Assembly: GCA_964408995.1 (NCBI GenBank)
Contig: CAYPBP010000003.1
Location: 14,803 to 78,802 of the forward strand
Source: an uncultured Gammaproteobacteria bacterium
GTDB taxonomy: Bacteria > Patescibacteriota > Microgenomatia > UBA12405
Direction of reading: 5' to 3'
Length of the DNA: 64,000 nt
Positions 32,431 to 42,262 of the stretch are shown here, in pieces (within the stretch, counting starts at the first letter, position 1; each line of letters starts with the position of its first letter). The notes beneath the pieces were generated by a model, which worked only from the letters and a program-made list of their open reading frames with translations, had not been told where the DNA came from and did not search any database. Both the position numbers and the translations under genes were made by a program.

Positions 32431-34422
32431 CTAGACTGCTAATGATTCAAACTCTACTTCTGAAATTATTTTTGTGCCGAACTTTTGAGCATTTAAAAAT
32501 TTACTAGAATTTGATTGAGTTTCATTAGTAATTAAATAGTCAGTATTTTTAGAAACAGATGAAACAACTTGTCCGCCAAGAGAAATAAGTTGATCTTCTA
32601 TTTCTTTTCGAGGACGACTTAAATTTCCAGTAATGGCAAATGTAAGGTTGTTTAATTTAAAATTTCCAATTTCTAATTTCGAATCTTTAATTGTGACTTG
32701 AGAAAAAATAGATTCTAACCATTCTTTTCGAGCATCAATCCCCTCCTTTATTTTTTTAGCTAAAGTTATTTGAAAACCGGGAAGTGATTCTAATTTATTA
32801 ACAGTTAAATCCAAAATTTTTTCTTTGGTATCGAAAGCGGCGCTAATTAATTGTTGAATTCGTTTACCACTAAAATTAGGGATGCTGGCAGCGGTCAGAA
32901 TTTGTTTTAAAGTTAGATTTTTTTTATCTTGAATTTGTTTAATAATATTTTGACCTGATTTTTGACCAAGTCCAGCTAGATTAATAAAATTATCGATTGT
33001 AAGTTTATAAAAATCACCAGGAAGTCTAATTAAATTGGCTTGATGGAGTTTTTCAATGGTTTTGTCAGAGATGCCTTTGATTTCCAAAACGTCACAAAAG
33101 AGTTTTAGGGATCCAAGAATTTGGGCGGGACAGTTTTGAAGGTTAGGACATTTTAAAAATTTGGATTGGACGATTAATAAGGCTCCACAAGAAGGACAAT
33201 TGGTTGGAGCAATGATATGACCTGTGGTTACTTTATTAACAACATGATCTATATGAGGAATAACATCACCACGGCGACTGATTTCGACAATGTCATTAAT
33301 ATTAATATTTTTTTCTTTAATTAAATCGTAGTTGGCTAGAGAGGCAAAAGTAATGATAGCTCCAGAGATTTCAATTGGATCGACTTGGGCTACCGGAGTA
33401 ATCATACCAAGTGGCCCAACTTGCCAATCAATTGAGGCAATTCTGGTTTGACTAGTTCTGGCGGGAAATTTGTAAGCAATCTGACCTTTTGGTCGATTAT
33501 TCTTTACACCCAACTGGTGTTGAATTTTTTGATCATTAATTTTGATAACTAAACCATCTATTTCAAATGGATAACTAAGACGAGTTTCAATTAAGAATTT
33601 TTGATAAATTTCTTCAATTTGATCAAAGTTTTGACAAACAAAAGTTTCAACAGCAGTGAAACCAAGCGATTTTAAAAGATTTATTTTATCTAGCTCTGTA
33701 GAGACGTTCTGCAGAACGTCTCTACAGAATAAATCAACAGAAATAAGATAGCAGTATTCGCTGAATTTTCCATCTAATCTTTGAGAAATACCTGAAACAG
33801 CGTTTCGCGAATTACTGTAGAAATCCTCTGTCCCTCCCGCAGCTGCGGGAGGGACATCTCCCTTAACAGGGCGACTTTTTATAATAGAATTTAATTTTTG
33901 GAAATCTTGTTCTAACATAACAATTTCACAACGAATTGAGCCAGTAAAATCATCTTTAAATTTAGGGACAAAGTTTTTCATTTTAACTACATTTTGAGTT
34001 ATGACATCTCCTATTTGACCATCACCTCTGGTGATGGCTTCGACAAATTGACCATTTTGATAAATCATTTCTAAAGAAATACCGTCACATTTTGGTTGGA
34101 CAATAAATTCAGTATTAGTAGGGATTTTTTTTAATTCAAAATAATGGATGAGATCTTTTATATTATTCACTTTGTTTTGAGAGCCCATGGGCATGGAATG
34201 CTTTTTTTTATCAAAACCAGTGTTGAAGTTTTTATGACCAGCTTTGGTAAAAATCCTGTGATAAGGCATTTTTTGACGCAAAATCTCTTCGAGAGTGTCG
34301 TAAGTGGCATCAGACATAATTGGTTTGCCACTGGTGTAATAGACTTTTTTAGCTTCCATTAAAAGCTCGCCAAGTTTTTCGGGAGTGATGGTTTGAAGGT
34401 CGATAGAATCGAGAGTGATCAT
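32431..34422 (-). CDS. ligA: NAD-dependent DNA ligase with two in-frame palindromic insertions
   Basis: KCDG adenylation motif, OB, Zn-finger (CPSCGALL), HhH and BRCT regions; insertions at 33697-33728 and 33828-33876. Confidence 0.9.
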   Translation of the reverse strand: MITLDSIDLQTITPEKLGELLMEAKKVYYTSGKPIMSDATYDTLEEILRQKMPYHRIFTKAGHKNFNTGFDKKKHSMPMGSQNKVNNIKDLIHYFELKKIPTNTEFIVQPKCDGISLEMIYQNGQFVEAITRGDGQIGDVITQNVVKMKNFVPKFKDDFTGSIRCEIVMLEQDFQKLNSIIKSRPVKGDVPPAAAGGTEDFYSNSRNAVSGISQRLDGKFSEYCYLISVDLFCRDVLQNVSTELDKINLLKSLGFTAVETFVCQNFDQIEEIYQKFLIETRLSYPFEIDGLVIKINDQKIQHQLGVKNNRPKGQIAYKFPARTSQTRIASIDWQVGPLGMITPVAQVDPIEISGAIITFASLANYDLIKEKNININDIVEISRRGDVIPHIDHVVNKVTTGHIIAPTNCPSCGALLIVQSKFLKCPNLQNCPAQILGSLKLFCDVLEIKGISDKTIEKLHQANLIRLPGDFYKLTIDNFINLAGLGQKSGQNIIKQIQDKKNLTLKQILTAASIPNFSGKRIQQLISAAFDTKEKILDLTVNKLESLPGFQITLAKKIKEGIDARKEWLESIFSQVTIKDSKLEIGNFKLNNLTFAITGNLSRPRKEIEDQLISLGGQVVSSVSKNTDYLITNETQSNSSKFLNAQKFGTKIISEVEFESLAV

Positions 34423-34440
34423 GCTTAATTATAAAGCATT

Positions 34441-34923
34441 TTAGGTTAGTATTTTTTGAGCCATTTCATGGCAAAGACTATTGGCTTTATTTCCCATATT
34501 ATGGAAAGAGTGTTCTTGTTGACTATACTCGTGAACATCTGCTCCTAATAAATCTAGGTGTTGTTCGACAAGATATCGAGATGTTTCGTAAGCAATAATA
34601 TAATCTTGATCTTTTTGGGGTATTTTTTCGTTAATTAAAATAAAATTTGTATTTGTTGTTTCAGCAACAACTAAAATTCCTAAATTTTTATCACATTTAT
34701 CAAGGTTACAAGTTACAACTTGTACATTTAAAGAATTAGCAAATTCTGTTGGGTTTATAGATCCATTTAATTTTTTATAATTTTCTATTGTTTGATTAAG
34801 TATTGTTCTGATTTCTTCAGATTCTGAACTTAGTCTTTGATCAATTAATGTTTGTCGATCTACTTTTTTTAAAGTATCTATATTTACCCTTTCAGGCTTA
34901 TATTTTCTTCTTTCTATTGGCAT
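34441..34923 (-). CDS. hypothetical protein
   Basis: ORF only; downstream of the Fic gene. Confidence 0.3.
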   Translation of the reverse strand: MPIERRKYKPERVNIDTLKKVDRQTLIDQRLSSESEEIRTILNQTIENYKKLNGSINPTEFANSLNVQVVTCNLDKCDKNLGILVVAETTNTNFILINEKIPQKDQDYIIAYETSRYLVEQHLDLLGADVHEYSQQEHSFHNMGNKANSLCHEMAQKILT

Positions 34924-34988
34924 AAAAATTAGTTATTTATAATTTGGGCTATTTTAGCATAAAAGATAATAAGGGTTTTTAAGTTAAT

Positions 34989-36122
34989 TTAAGCGTTGGT
35001 GATGCAATAATAGGCGCCTTTGGTAGAACCACGTTTTTCAACTGCACCACTGTCGATTAGTTTTTTAAGATCACGCCAAATAGTGTCATCAGAAACCATA
35101 GGAAGAAGTTGTTGAGCATCAGGCATTCTAAGTCCTCCAAATTGTTGCATATATTCAACTAATTTAATTTGTCGTTCTGTTAAGTGAAGTTGTTTACCAC
35201 CAAGTTTTTGTTTTAATTTAATATCACGAGAGAGAGATTGAACTTTAGCTTTAACACGGGATAATTCAATAGCTAAAGCTTCGGTAAAATAATTAATCCA
35301 ATTGGTCATATCTCGTTTGAAAATATCTGTTGAAAGTTCGTGAGTGGTTTGAAGAGTATTGTAATAACTTTCGGCATTGCGATCAAAATATTCTTCAAGA
35401 GAAAAAAGACGACGAATGTCATAACCTTCAACATAAAGAGGTAACATAGCAAAAGCACGACTGACACGACCATTGCCTTCAACAAAAGGATGGATGGCAA
35501 CTAAAATATATTGAGAAATAGCTGCTCTGATGGCAGGATGGATTTCCAAAGATGATGGACTTTTGAGCCAATCAATAAAATCAGCAATTAAATATGGAAC
35601 TTCAACGGCTGGTGGTGGTCGGTGAGCAATTTCACCAGTACGAGTATTTTTTAAGACAACTTGTTGATGACGATATTTACCACAATCTTCCTCTGGTATA
35701 ATTTTATCGGTGGTTAATTCGTGAATTCTTTTAATAATAGTTTCACTGTAAAAAAATGGCCTATTTTCGTCTTTTCCAGAAACGGGTACAACTTTTTCTT
35801 CTGGAAGGGGCATGTTGGCATCGTATAAAGACCATAATTCTTCTAGATAAGAAACAACATTTCGATAGTTAATGACTTCTTGAATGTCGCGTTCAGTGGC
35901 AGTGATTTTTTGACCCTCGACTAATTTGGCTACTTCTTGAAAAGTTAGATCATTTCCTTCAATTCTGGTACCAAAATGGACAGTTCTAATAATGGCTTCT
36001 TGTTGAAATTGTTTTTCGTAAGCAGGGATTAGTGGTGCTTCATCAATAACAGCTTTGGCACCTTCAATGGTACCAATATTTTTTAAAATCTGATTATTGA
36101 TTGAAAAGATGGGGTAAAACAT
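34989..36122 (-). CDS. Fic/DOC-family protein (AMPylator-type) with C-terminal winged-helix-like domain
   Basis: HPFVEGNGRVSRAF Fic motif; N-terminal TRIEGN resembles the autoinhibitory helix motif. Confidence 0.9.
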   Translation of the reverse strand: MFYPIFSINNQILKNIGTIEGAKAVIDEAPLIPAYEKQFQQEAIIRTVHFGTRIEGNDLTFQEVAKLVEGQKITATERDIQEVINYRNVVSYLEELWSLYDANMPLPEEKVVPVSGKDENRPFFYSETIIKRIHELTTDKIIPEEDCGKYRHQQVVLKNTRTGEIAHRPPPAVEVPYLIADFIDWLKSPSSLEIHPAIRAAISQYILVAIHPFVEGNGRVSRAFAMLPLYVEGYDIRRLFSLEEYFDRNAESYYNTLQTTHELSTDIFKRDMTNWINYFTEALAIELSRVKAKVQSLSRDIKLKQKLGGKQLHLTERQIKLVEYMQQFGGLRMPDAQQLLPMVSDDTIWRDLKKLIDSGAVEKRGSTKGAYYCITNA

Positions 36123-36187
36123 CTAAGAAGGATTATAACACTTTTTTGAAAATTGATAAGGGGAAAGTGCGGGAATTAAAGCTTCCT

Positions 36188-36296
36188 GTTCACCCGCAAT
36201 TGCGGATGAACTTCCTCCCTTAAAAAAGGAGAAAATAAAATTCTCCCTTTGTTAAGGGGAGATGTCGATCCCGCCGTTGCGGGAGAGACAGAGAGG
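36188..36296. repeat. cluster of four GC-rich hairpin repeats
   Basis: ccgcaattgcgg; cctcccttaaaaaaggag; tctccctttgttaaggggaga; tcccgccgttgcggga. Confidence 0.7.
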
Positions 36297-36298
36297 TT

Positions 36299-36943
36299 TT
36301 AACTTAGAAATATATAGTCTAAAGCGCTTTTGGGATCGACGTTGGCATTTATCATTTGAATAGCTTTGATTATTTTTTCAATAGTTTCTTTGGTCTTTAA
36401 ATTTGGTTTTTGAATGAGTTCCTGCTGATAAAGATAAAGTTCATTTTCGAGCATGGGTAAAATTTCTTCTTTGTTTTTGCCTAATTTTTCGGATAAAGTT
36501 AAGTCTTTAGTTAAGTTGCCGGTGATTTCAATTTGTTTTTTATTTTTGTGTGAGTCGTGCCTCGCCCCTGCAAGTTTAACGGTTTGACATCGGGAAATAA
36601 TGGTTTGAAGAATACTTTTAGTTTTATTAGTGCTTAGAATAATATAATTATTTTCTCCTGGTTCTTCGAGATTTTTCAGTAAAGCATTTTGAGATTCATT
36701 GTTAAGGTTTTGAGCTTCTAAGATAATTATTACTTTGTTTTGATGAGAAAATGGTTTTTGGGAAAGAAAACTGTTGATTTGACGAACTTGATCTATCCCC
36801 CACCCTGAATTTTCATCTATTAATAAAATGTCGGGGTTATTTTGATTAAATTGATGGTCTAAAGTGGCGCAAATTTGATCAATTTTTTGATTGATGGAAT
36901 CTTTACTTTTACCGATAATTAAGGTTGATGGAAATAGATTCAT
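36299..36943 (-). CDS. holB: DNA polymerase III delta' subunit-like (short)
   Basis: ALLKNLEEPGENNYIIL and TIISRCQ motifs. Confidence 0.65.
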   Translation of the reverse strand: MNLFPSTLIIGKSKDSINQKIDQICATLDHQFNQNNPDILLIDENSGWGIDQVRQINSFLSQKPFSHQNKVIIILEAQNLNNESQNALLKNLEEPGENNYIILSTNKTKSILQTIISRCQTVKLAGARHDSHKNKKQIEITGNLTKDLTLSEKLGKNKEEILPMLENELYLYQQELIQKPNLKTKETIEKIIKAIQMINANVDPKSALDYIFLS

Positions 36944-36964
36944 AATGTATGATGATTATATACT

Positions 36965-38704
36965 ATGAATGATGCTGCCTCAAAAATATACAAGAACTTA
37001 AAGGATGTTCTTTTAGAACAGGGTTTTATTACGCCTGAGAAAGCAGAAGAAATTAATTTAAGACAATTAAAAACTGGAGAAAGTGAAGAAGAAACTATCA
37101 AAGCTTTGAGGTTAGTAACAGATATTGATTTTGTTAAAGCAAAAGCTTTATTTTTAAGAGTTCCTTTTGTTGATTTAGAAAATATTGCTTTTTCACCAGA
37201 ATCTTTAGCTTTGATACCGGAAAGTGTGGCTCAAAAGTATAAAGTAGTCCCCTATAAGTTAGATACAAAAAACAAAACTCTGTTTGTATCGATGGCAAAT
37301 CCTTTGGATTTAGAGACAATTGAATTTTTAGAGAAAAAAACAAATTACAAAATTAGTGTAACCATATCTTTAGAAAAACAAATTGTTAGTTATATTAATG
37401 AAAAATATATAAGAGAAAAAAATATAACTTCAGAGGTAACTCGAGCTTTAGATGAAAGAAAAGTTGAAGAAAAAAATTTAAGGATGGCCGAAGAAAAAAT
37501 AGCAGTAGAAGCTCCGGTGGCAAAAATAGTGAATACTATCTTAGAATATGCAGTTAAATCTCGATCTTCTGATGTTCATATTGAGCCACAAGAAGAAAGT
37601 GTTCGAATTAGATACAGAATTGATGGTATTTTACAGGAAAAATATTTATTACCTAGAAACGTTCAAGATGCTGTTGTGTCGAGAATCAAGATTTTGTCAA
37701 ATTTAAAAATTGACGAAAAAAGAGTACCCCAAGATGGTCGTTTTTTCTTTTCAACTGATGGTAGAGATGTTGATTTGCGAATTTCAACTTTACCAACAAC
37801 TTATGGTGAGAAAGTGGTTATGCGTTTACTTAATAAATCTCAAAAAGTGCCAACTTTACAGGATTTAGGTTTAAGAGGTTTGGCTTTAAAAAATTTAATG
37901 AGTTCGATCCAAAGACCCCATGGAATTATTATTGTTTGTGGTCCAACTGGTTCTGGTAAAACAACTACTTTGTATTCAGTTTTAGATTTGGTAGCAACTT
38001 CTAGAGTTAATGTGGTAACTGTTGAAGATCCAGTGGAATATCAGATGAAAGGAATAAATCAAGTTCAGGTAAATGTTCAAGCTGGTTTGACTTTTTCTTC
38101 AGCTTTAAGATCGTTTTTACGCCAAGATCCAAACATTATCATGGTTGGAGAAATTCGTGACCAAGAGACTGCCGAATTGGCAGTGAACGCAGCTTTAACT
38201 GGTCATTTAGTTTTTTCCACTTTGCATACAAACGATGCTTCTGGTGTGCCTCCTCGACTTTTAGATTTGGGAGTAGAACCATTTTTATTAACTTCTTCTT
38301 TAAATTGTGTGGTTGGTCAAAGAGTATTGCGAAAAGTTTGCAAAGATTGTGTGACAGAAATGGAAATACCTAGAGAACAATTAGATGAAATAAAAAGTAC
38401 TCTAGGTCCTATCTTTAATATGCTTGAAGACAAATTCAAAAAAGATGGTAAAAGTTTAACTATACCTAAAGTTGTTGGTTGTGAAAAATGTAATAACACT
38501 GGTTATTTAGGTAGAATTGCTATTTATGAGGTGATGCCTATTACAGAAAAAATAAGTAAACTAATTGTTGAAAAAGCAGCGGCTTCTGATATTCAAAGAT
38601 TAGCTATGGAAGAAGGAATGTTGACTATGAAACAAGATGGATATGTAAAAGTTTTAGAAGGAGTAACTAGTTTAGACGAAGTTATTAGAGTTGCACAATA
38701 CTAA
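36965..38704 (+). CDS. pilB: type IV pilus assembly ATPase PilB (GspE family)
   Basis: N-terminal T2SSE_N domain, Walker A GPTGSGKTTT, Asp box, His box, tetracysteine CxxC...CxxC. Confidence 0.9.
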   Translation: MNDAASKIYKNLKDVLLEQGFITPEKAEEINLRQLKTGESEEETIKALRLVTDIDFVKAKALFLRVPFVDLENIAFSPESLALIPESVAQKYKVVPYKLDTKNKTLFVSMANPLDLETIEFLEKKTNYKISVTISLEKQIVSYINEKYIREKNITSEVTRALDERKVEEKNLRMAEEKIAVEAPVAKIVNTILEYAVKSRSSDVHIEPQEESVRIRYRIDGILQEKYLLPRNVQDAVVSRIKILSNLKIDEKRVPQDGRFFFSTDGRDVDLRISTLPTTYGEKVVMRLLNKSQKVPTLQDLGLRGLALKNLMSSIQRPHGIIIVCGPTGSGKTTTLYSVLDLVATSRVNVVTVEDPVEYQMKGINQVQVNVQAGLTFSSALRSFLRQDPNIIMVGEIRDQETAELAVNAALTGHLVFSTLHTNDASGVPPRLLDLGVEPFLLTSSLNCVVGQRVLRKVCKDCVTEMEIPREQLDEIKSTLGPIFNMLEDKFKKDGKSLTIPKVVGCEKCNNTGYLGRIAIYEVMPITEKISKLIVEKAAASDIQRLAMEEGMLTMKQDGYVKVLEGVTSLDEVIRVAQY

Positions 38705-38710
38705 ATTAAT

Positions 38711-38746
38711 AATTAGGTCGTAGATGTTAGATCGTAGATAAAATAT
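38711..38746. repeat. TAGATCG-type direct-repeat element after the pilB stop
   Basis: aattaggtcgtagatgttagatcgtagataaaa; related copies at 45107-45150, 53614-53652 and 15338-15405. Confidence 0.7.
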
Positions 38747-38765
38747 AAATTAAAAATAAACAAAA

Positions 38766-39833
38766 ATGAATACAAAAATGGAAGAAATTTTAAAATTTGC
38801 TGTAGAAAAAGGAGCATCTGATGTGCATTTGATTTCGAATGTGCCACCGAAAATTAGAGTCAGTGGAGATTTGTTAAATGTAGTTGGATTTGAAGAAGCT
38901 AATAGTGATTTAAATAATGCAATGGTTTTGTCTTTGTTGAGCGAAGAACAGTTAAAAGTTTTTAGTAAAGATAAGGAATTAGATTTTTCTTTTGAAGCGG
39001 TTGGAGTTCGTTTTAGAGCTAATGTTTATTTACAAAAAGATAATCCAGCTTGTGCTTTGAGATTAATTTCTTCTAAAATACCAGAATTTGAAGATTTGAA
39101 TATTCCAGAAGTTTTAAAAACTTTTACAAAATATAAACAAGGTTTTGTTTTGGTTACTGGTCCAACTGGTCATGGAAAGTCAACAACAGTAGCGGCTATG
39201 TTGGAATTAATTAATAGGGATATAGGTGGACATATTTTAACTATAGAAGATCCAGTTGAGTATTTATTCCAACCACAAAAAGCAATTATATCTCAACGAG
39301 AAATAGGGGGAGATTCTAATGACTTTGATTTGTCTTTAAGATCTGCTTTGAGACAAGATCCAAATGTGGTTTTTTTAGGAGAAATGAGAGATTTAACCTC
39401 AACATCTGCAGCCTTAACAATTGCTGAAACTGGTCATTTAGTATTTTCTGTTTTACACACTAATTCAGCAGCTCAAACAATAGATAGAATTATTGATATT
39501 TTCCCAGCAGAATCTAAAGATCAAATTCGGGTTCAATTATCAACAGTGATTACGGCAATTGTATCTCAGAGGTTAGTTCCAGCAATCGCTGGAGGTAGAA
39601 TTCCAGTTTTTGAAATTTTAGTGGCAACACCAGCAGTTAGAAATGTTATCAGAGAAGGAAAATCATTTATGATTGATAACATTATTCAAACTAGTTCTGA
39701 TGTAGGAATGGTAAGTTTTGATACTTATTTAGCTAAACTGGTTTTAGCTGGCAAAATTACAGAAGAAGTGGCTATTAGTTATTCTACTAACCAAGTTGAG
39801 TTACAAAACAAACTAAGACGTCAAAAAATATGA
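38766..39833 (+). CDS. pilT: twitching-motility retraction ATPase PilT
   Basis: GPTGHGKSTT Walker A, PilT-family Asp/His boxes, ~355 aa. Confidence 0.9.
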   Translation: MNTKMEEILKFAVEKGASDVHLISNVPPKIRVSGDLLNVVGFEEANSDLNNAMVLSLLSEEQLKVFSKDKELDFSFEAVGVRFRANVYLQKDNPACALRLISSKIPEFEDLNIPEVLKTFTKYKQGFVLVTGPTGHGKSTTVAAMLELINRDIGGHILTIEDPVEYLFQPQKAIISQREIGGDSNDFDLSLRSALRQDPNVVFLGEMRDLTSTSAALTIAETGHLVFSVLHTNSAAQTIDRIIDIFPAESKDQIRVQLSTVITAIVSQRLVPAIAGGRIPVFEILVATPAVRNVIREGKSFMIDNIIQTSSDVGMVSFDTYLAKLVLAGKITEEVAISYSTNQVELQNKLRRQKI

Positions 39834-41041
39834 CGAAATTTTTTTATAAGGCTAAAGATTGGAACGGTAAAATGATTAAGGGATTTTTGGATTCCGAAAA
39901 TGAAAAGAATGCTTTGGAATCGATTAGAGCTGGAGGATTGATTACTTTATCAATAAAAGCGGAAAATAATTCTATTTTTTTAGAAATTTATAAAAAACTT
40001 TTTTCAAGAATTAGATTAAAAGAAATCGCAAATTTTACCAGACAATTATCAACTATGATGACGGCTGGTTTGGCTTTGACTGATACTTTATCTTTATTAA
40101 AAAATCAAACAGAGAGAACAGGTTTGATGTTTGAAGTTTTAGATTATACTTTGTCTACTGTTCAAGGTGGCCATTCTTTGGCTGATGGTTTGGGAAAATA
40201 TAAAAAACATTTTGGAGAGGCTTATATTGCTTCTGTTGAAGCTGGTGAAGAAGGAGGGGTGTTGGAAGAAGTAATGTCAAAACTGGCTGATAGTTTGGAA
40301 AAACAAAATGATTTTAATAGTAAAGTTAAAGGAGCCATGATTTATCCAATAATAGTAGTAGTGGGAATGATAGCGGTGGTAATAATTATGATGGTTTTTG
40401 TGATTCCTAAATTAATAGGTTTATATGCTGACTTTGATGCTAAGATGCCTGCTTCAACTCAGATTTTGATGGGTATATCTGGTCTTATGGTTAAATTTTG
40501 GTTTTTAATTCCATTTTTAATTGTTGGTCTTTTTGCAGTTTTTAAGGTTGGTAATAAGAATGCTAATTTTAGGCTTAAAAAAGATAGTTTGAAGCTAAAA
40601 ATTCCAATTATTGGGATTTTAACTCAAAAAACTATTTTGGCATCAACAATCAGAACAATGTCAATGCTTTTATCAGCAGGTATTCCTTTGGTTGAAGCTT
40701 TGAAAATTATATCGAGTGTGGCTGGAAATGAGCTTTATCGAGGGTCTTATCTAAAAATAGCTGAGAGGGTGGAAAAAGGTTTTAGCATTGCTAATTCATT
40801 TGAAGAGACTGGTATTTTTCCAGTCTTAGTTAATCAGATGGTGGCGACTGGAGAATCAACTGGAAAATTGGATAGTGTTTTATTAAAATTGGCTGATTAT
40901 TTTTCAAATGAGGCAGAACAATCAGTAAAATCTTTAACTTCGGCAATAGAGCCAATAATTATGATTGTGTTGGGTTTGGGGGTGGCTTTTTTGGTGGTGG
41001 CAGTTTTGATGCCAATTTATAATTTGACTTCAAGTATGTAG
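39830..41041 (+). CDS. pilC: type IV pilus inner-membrane platform protein PilC (GspF family)
   Basis: Duplicated GspF domains, three TM segments, translationally coupled to pilT. Confidence 0.9.
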   Translation: MTKFFYKAKDWNGKMIKGFLDSENEKNALESIRAGGLITLSIKAENNSIFLEIYKKLFSRIRLKEIANFTRQLSTMMTAGLALTDTLSLLKNQTERTGLMFEVLDYTLSTVQGGHSLADGLGKYKKHFGEAYIASVEAGEEGGVLEEVMSKLADSLEKQNDFNSKVKGAMIYPIIVVVGMIAVVIIMMVFVIPKLIGLYADFDAKMPASTQILMGISGLMVKFWFLIPFLIVGLFAVFKVGNKNANFRLKKDSLKLKIPIIGILTQKTILASTIRTMSMLLSAGIPLVEALKIISSVAGNELYRGSYLKIAERVEKGFSIANSFEETGIFPVLVNQMVATGESTGKLDSVLLKLADYFSNEAEQSVKSLTSAIEPIIMIVLGLGVAFLVVAVLMPIYNLTSSM

Positions 41042-41110
41042 TCTAGCTCTTGACAGGCCAATTTTATTGGTGAATAATGAATTAATACAATTTAATATTT
41101 ATTAAAAAAA

Positions 41111-41884
41111 ATGATGAAACTACTAAAAATCCTTCGACAAGCTCAGGATAAACAAAACGGCTTTACTCTGGTGGAGCTTTTAATTGTTATTGCTTTGATT
41201 GCAATTTTATCAGTTGCAGTTTTGGCAACTATCAATCCAATTGAGCAATCAAATAAAGCTCGAGATGCTAAATTCAAAAACGATGCGGCTGAAGTTTTAA
41301 ATGCTTATGAAAGATATTATGCTTCTCAGAATAATTATCCATGGAATGGAGCTACAGGTGAAAATAAAGCTCTAGAAGGTCAAGCAAATATAGCTTTTGT
41401 TTCAACAGATTTTAGATTTGGTGTTTTAACAGAAGATAATGATAATGGTTTATTAATTTCAACTTCTGAATTAAAAAGTTCATTTGCAGGAAAAGAACCT
41501 TTTGTTTTTGATGGTGATTCCGAAGTTGATCTTGAAAGTAATAATGCAATGTATGTTTTTAATGGTGATTCTACTTATGTTTGTTTTTGTCCAAAAGCTA
41601 AGGCGAATAGAGTTGATACTGTTGGTGCTAGTTTAAAATGTCTTAGGGATGTAAATATAAAAAATGGAGAATTATCTAATAATGCAAAGCTTTTTGATGT
41701 TGGTACTGATACTTGTGTACAAGCTGCATCACCAACAGATGTGAATAGTCCTAATTTTTGTAATCTAGATGACACTGATCATGTATATGCTAATATGATG
41801 TGTGTACCAGAAGGTAGGACAGGGGAGGCAGCAGCACCAACACCAGCAACACCAGCAACACCAGAAACACCAGCAACACCATAA
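41111..41884 (+). CDS. type IV pilin (probable major pilin) with 17-aa leader and Pro/Thr-rich C-terminal repeat
   Basis: MMKLLKILRQAQDKQNG|FTLVELLIVIALIAIL prepilin signal; C-terminal PTPATPATPETPATP. Confidence 0.85.
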   Translation: MMKLLKILRQAQDKQNGFTLVELLIVIALIAILSVAVLATINPIEQSNKARDAKFKNDAAEVLNAYERYYASQNNYPWNGATGENKALEGQANIAFVSTDFRFGVLTEDNDNGLLISTSELKSSFAGKEPFVFDGDSEVDLESNNAMYVFNGDSTYVCFCPKAKANRVDTVGASLKCLRDVNIKNGELSNNAKLFDVGTDTCVQAASPTDVNSPNFCNLDDTDHVYANMMCVPEGRTGEAAAPTPATPATPETPATP

Positions 41885-41922
41885 TAGTATTTCGTCTTTA
41901 ATTTTTAGAGAGATTTTTGAAA

Positions 41923-41958
41923 CCCCTCTTCGAATCAAATCGGAGAGGGGTTTTTTTT
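41923..41958 (+). terminator. intrinsic terminator after the major pilin gene
   Basis: cccctcttcgaatcaaatcggagagggg stem-loop followed by an 8-T run. Confidence 0.7.
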
Positions 41959-42262
41959 GAAACCCAATCTCCCTCTACCCCCTCTTTCATCCTTCGACAA
42001 GCTCAGGACAAGCGCGAGGGGGGGGAAATCAAAACCTCTCTGTTCCCCGCATCCGCGGGGAACATCTCCCCTTAAAAAAGGGAGGGGTTAAAATATGTTT
42101 CTAACTAAAACCAATTTGTTGTAGTTTTAATATCTATTTGATAGAATATCTTTGATCTTGATGATCTTAAATAAGCTAAATCCCTCCAGTTCTGTAATAG
42201 GACCTGGAGGTTTTTTTTGGCCATAGGCCAATCAGTCTTTGACTGATATTATTTAATTAACT

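Noticed and set aside
36541-36600. GC-rich patch inside holB as another palindromic insertion
   Set aside because: It is GC-rich (cgtgcctcgcccctgcaag) but shows no clear inverted repeat, so it was not counted in the hairpin family.
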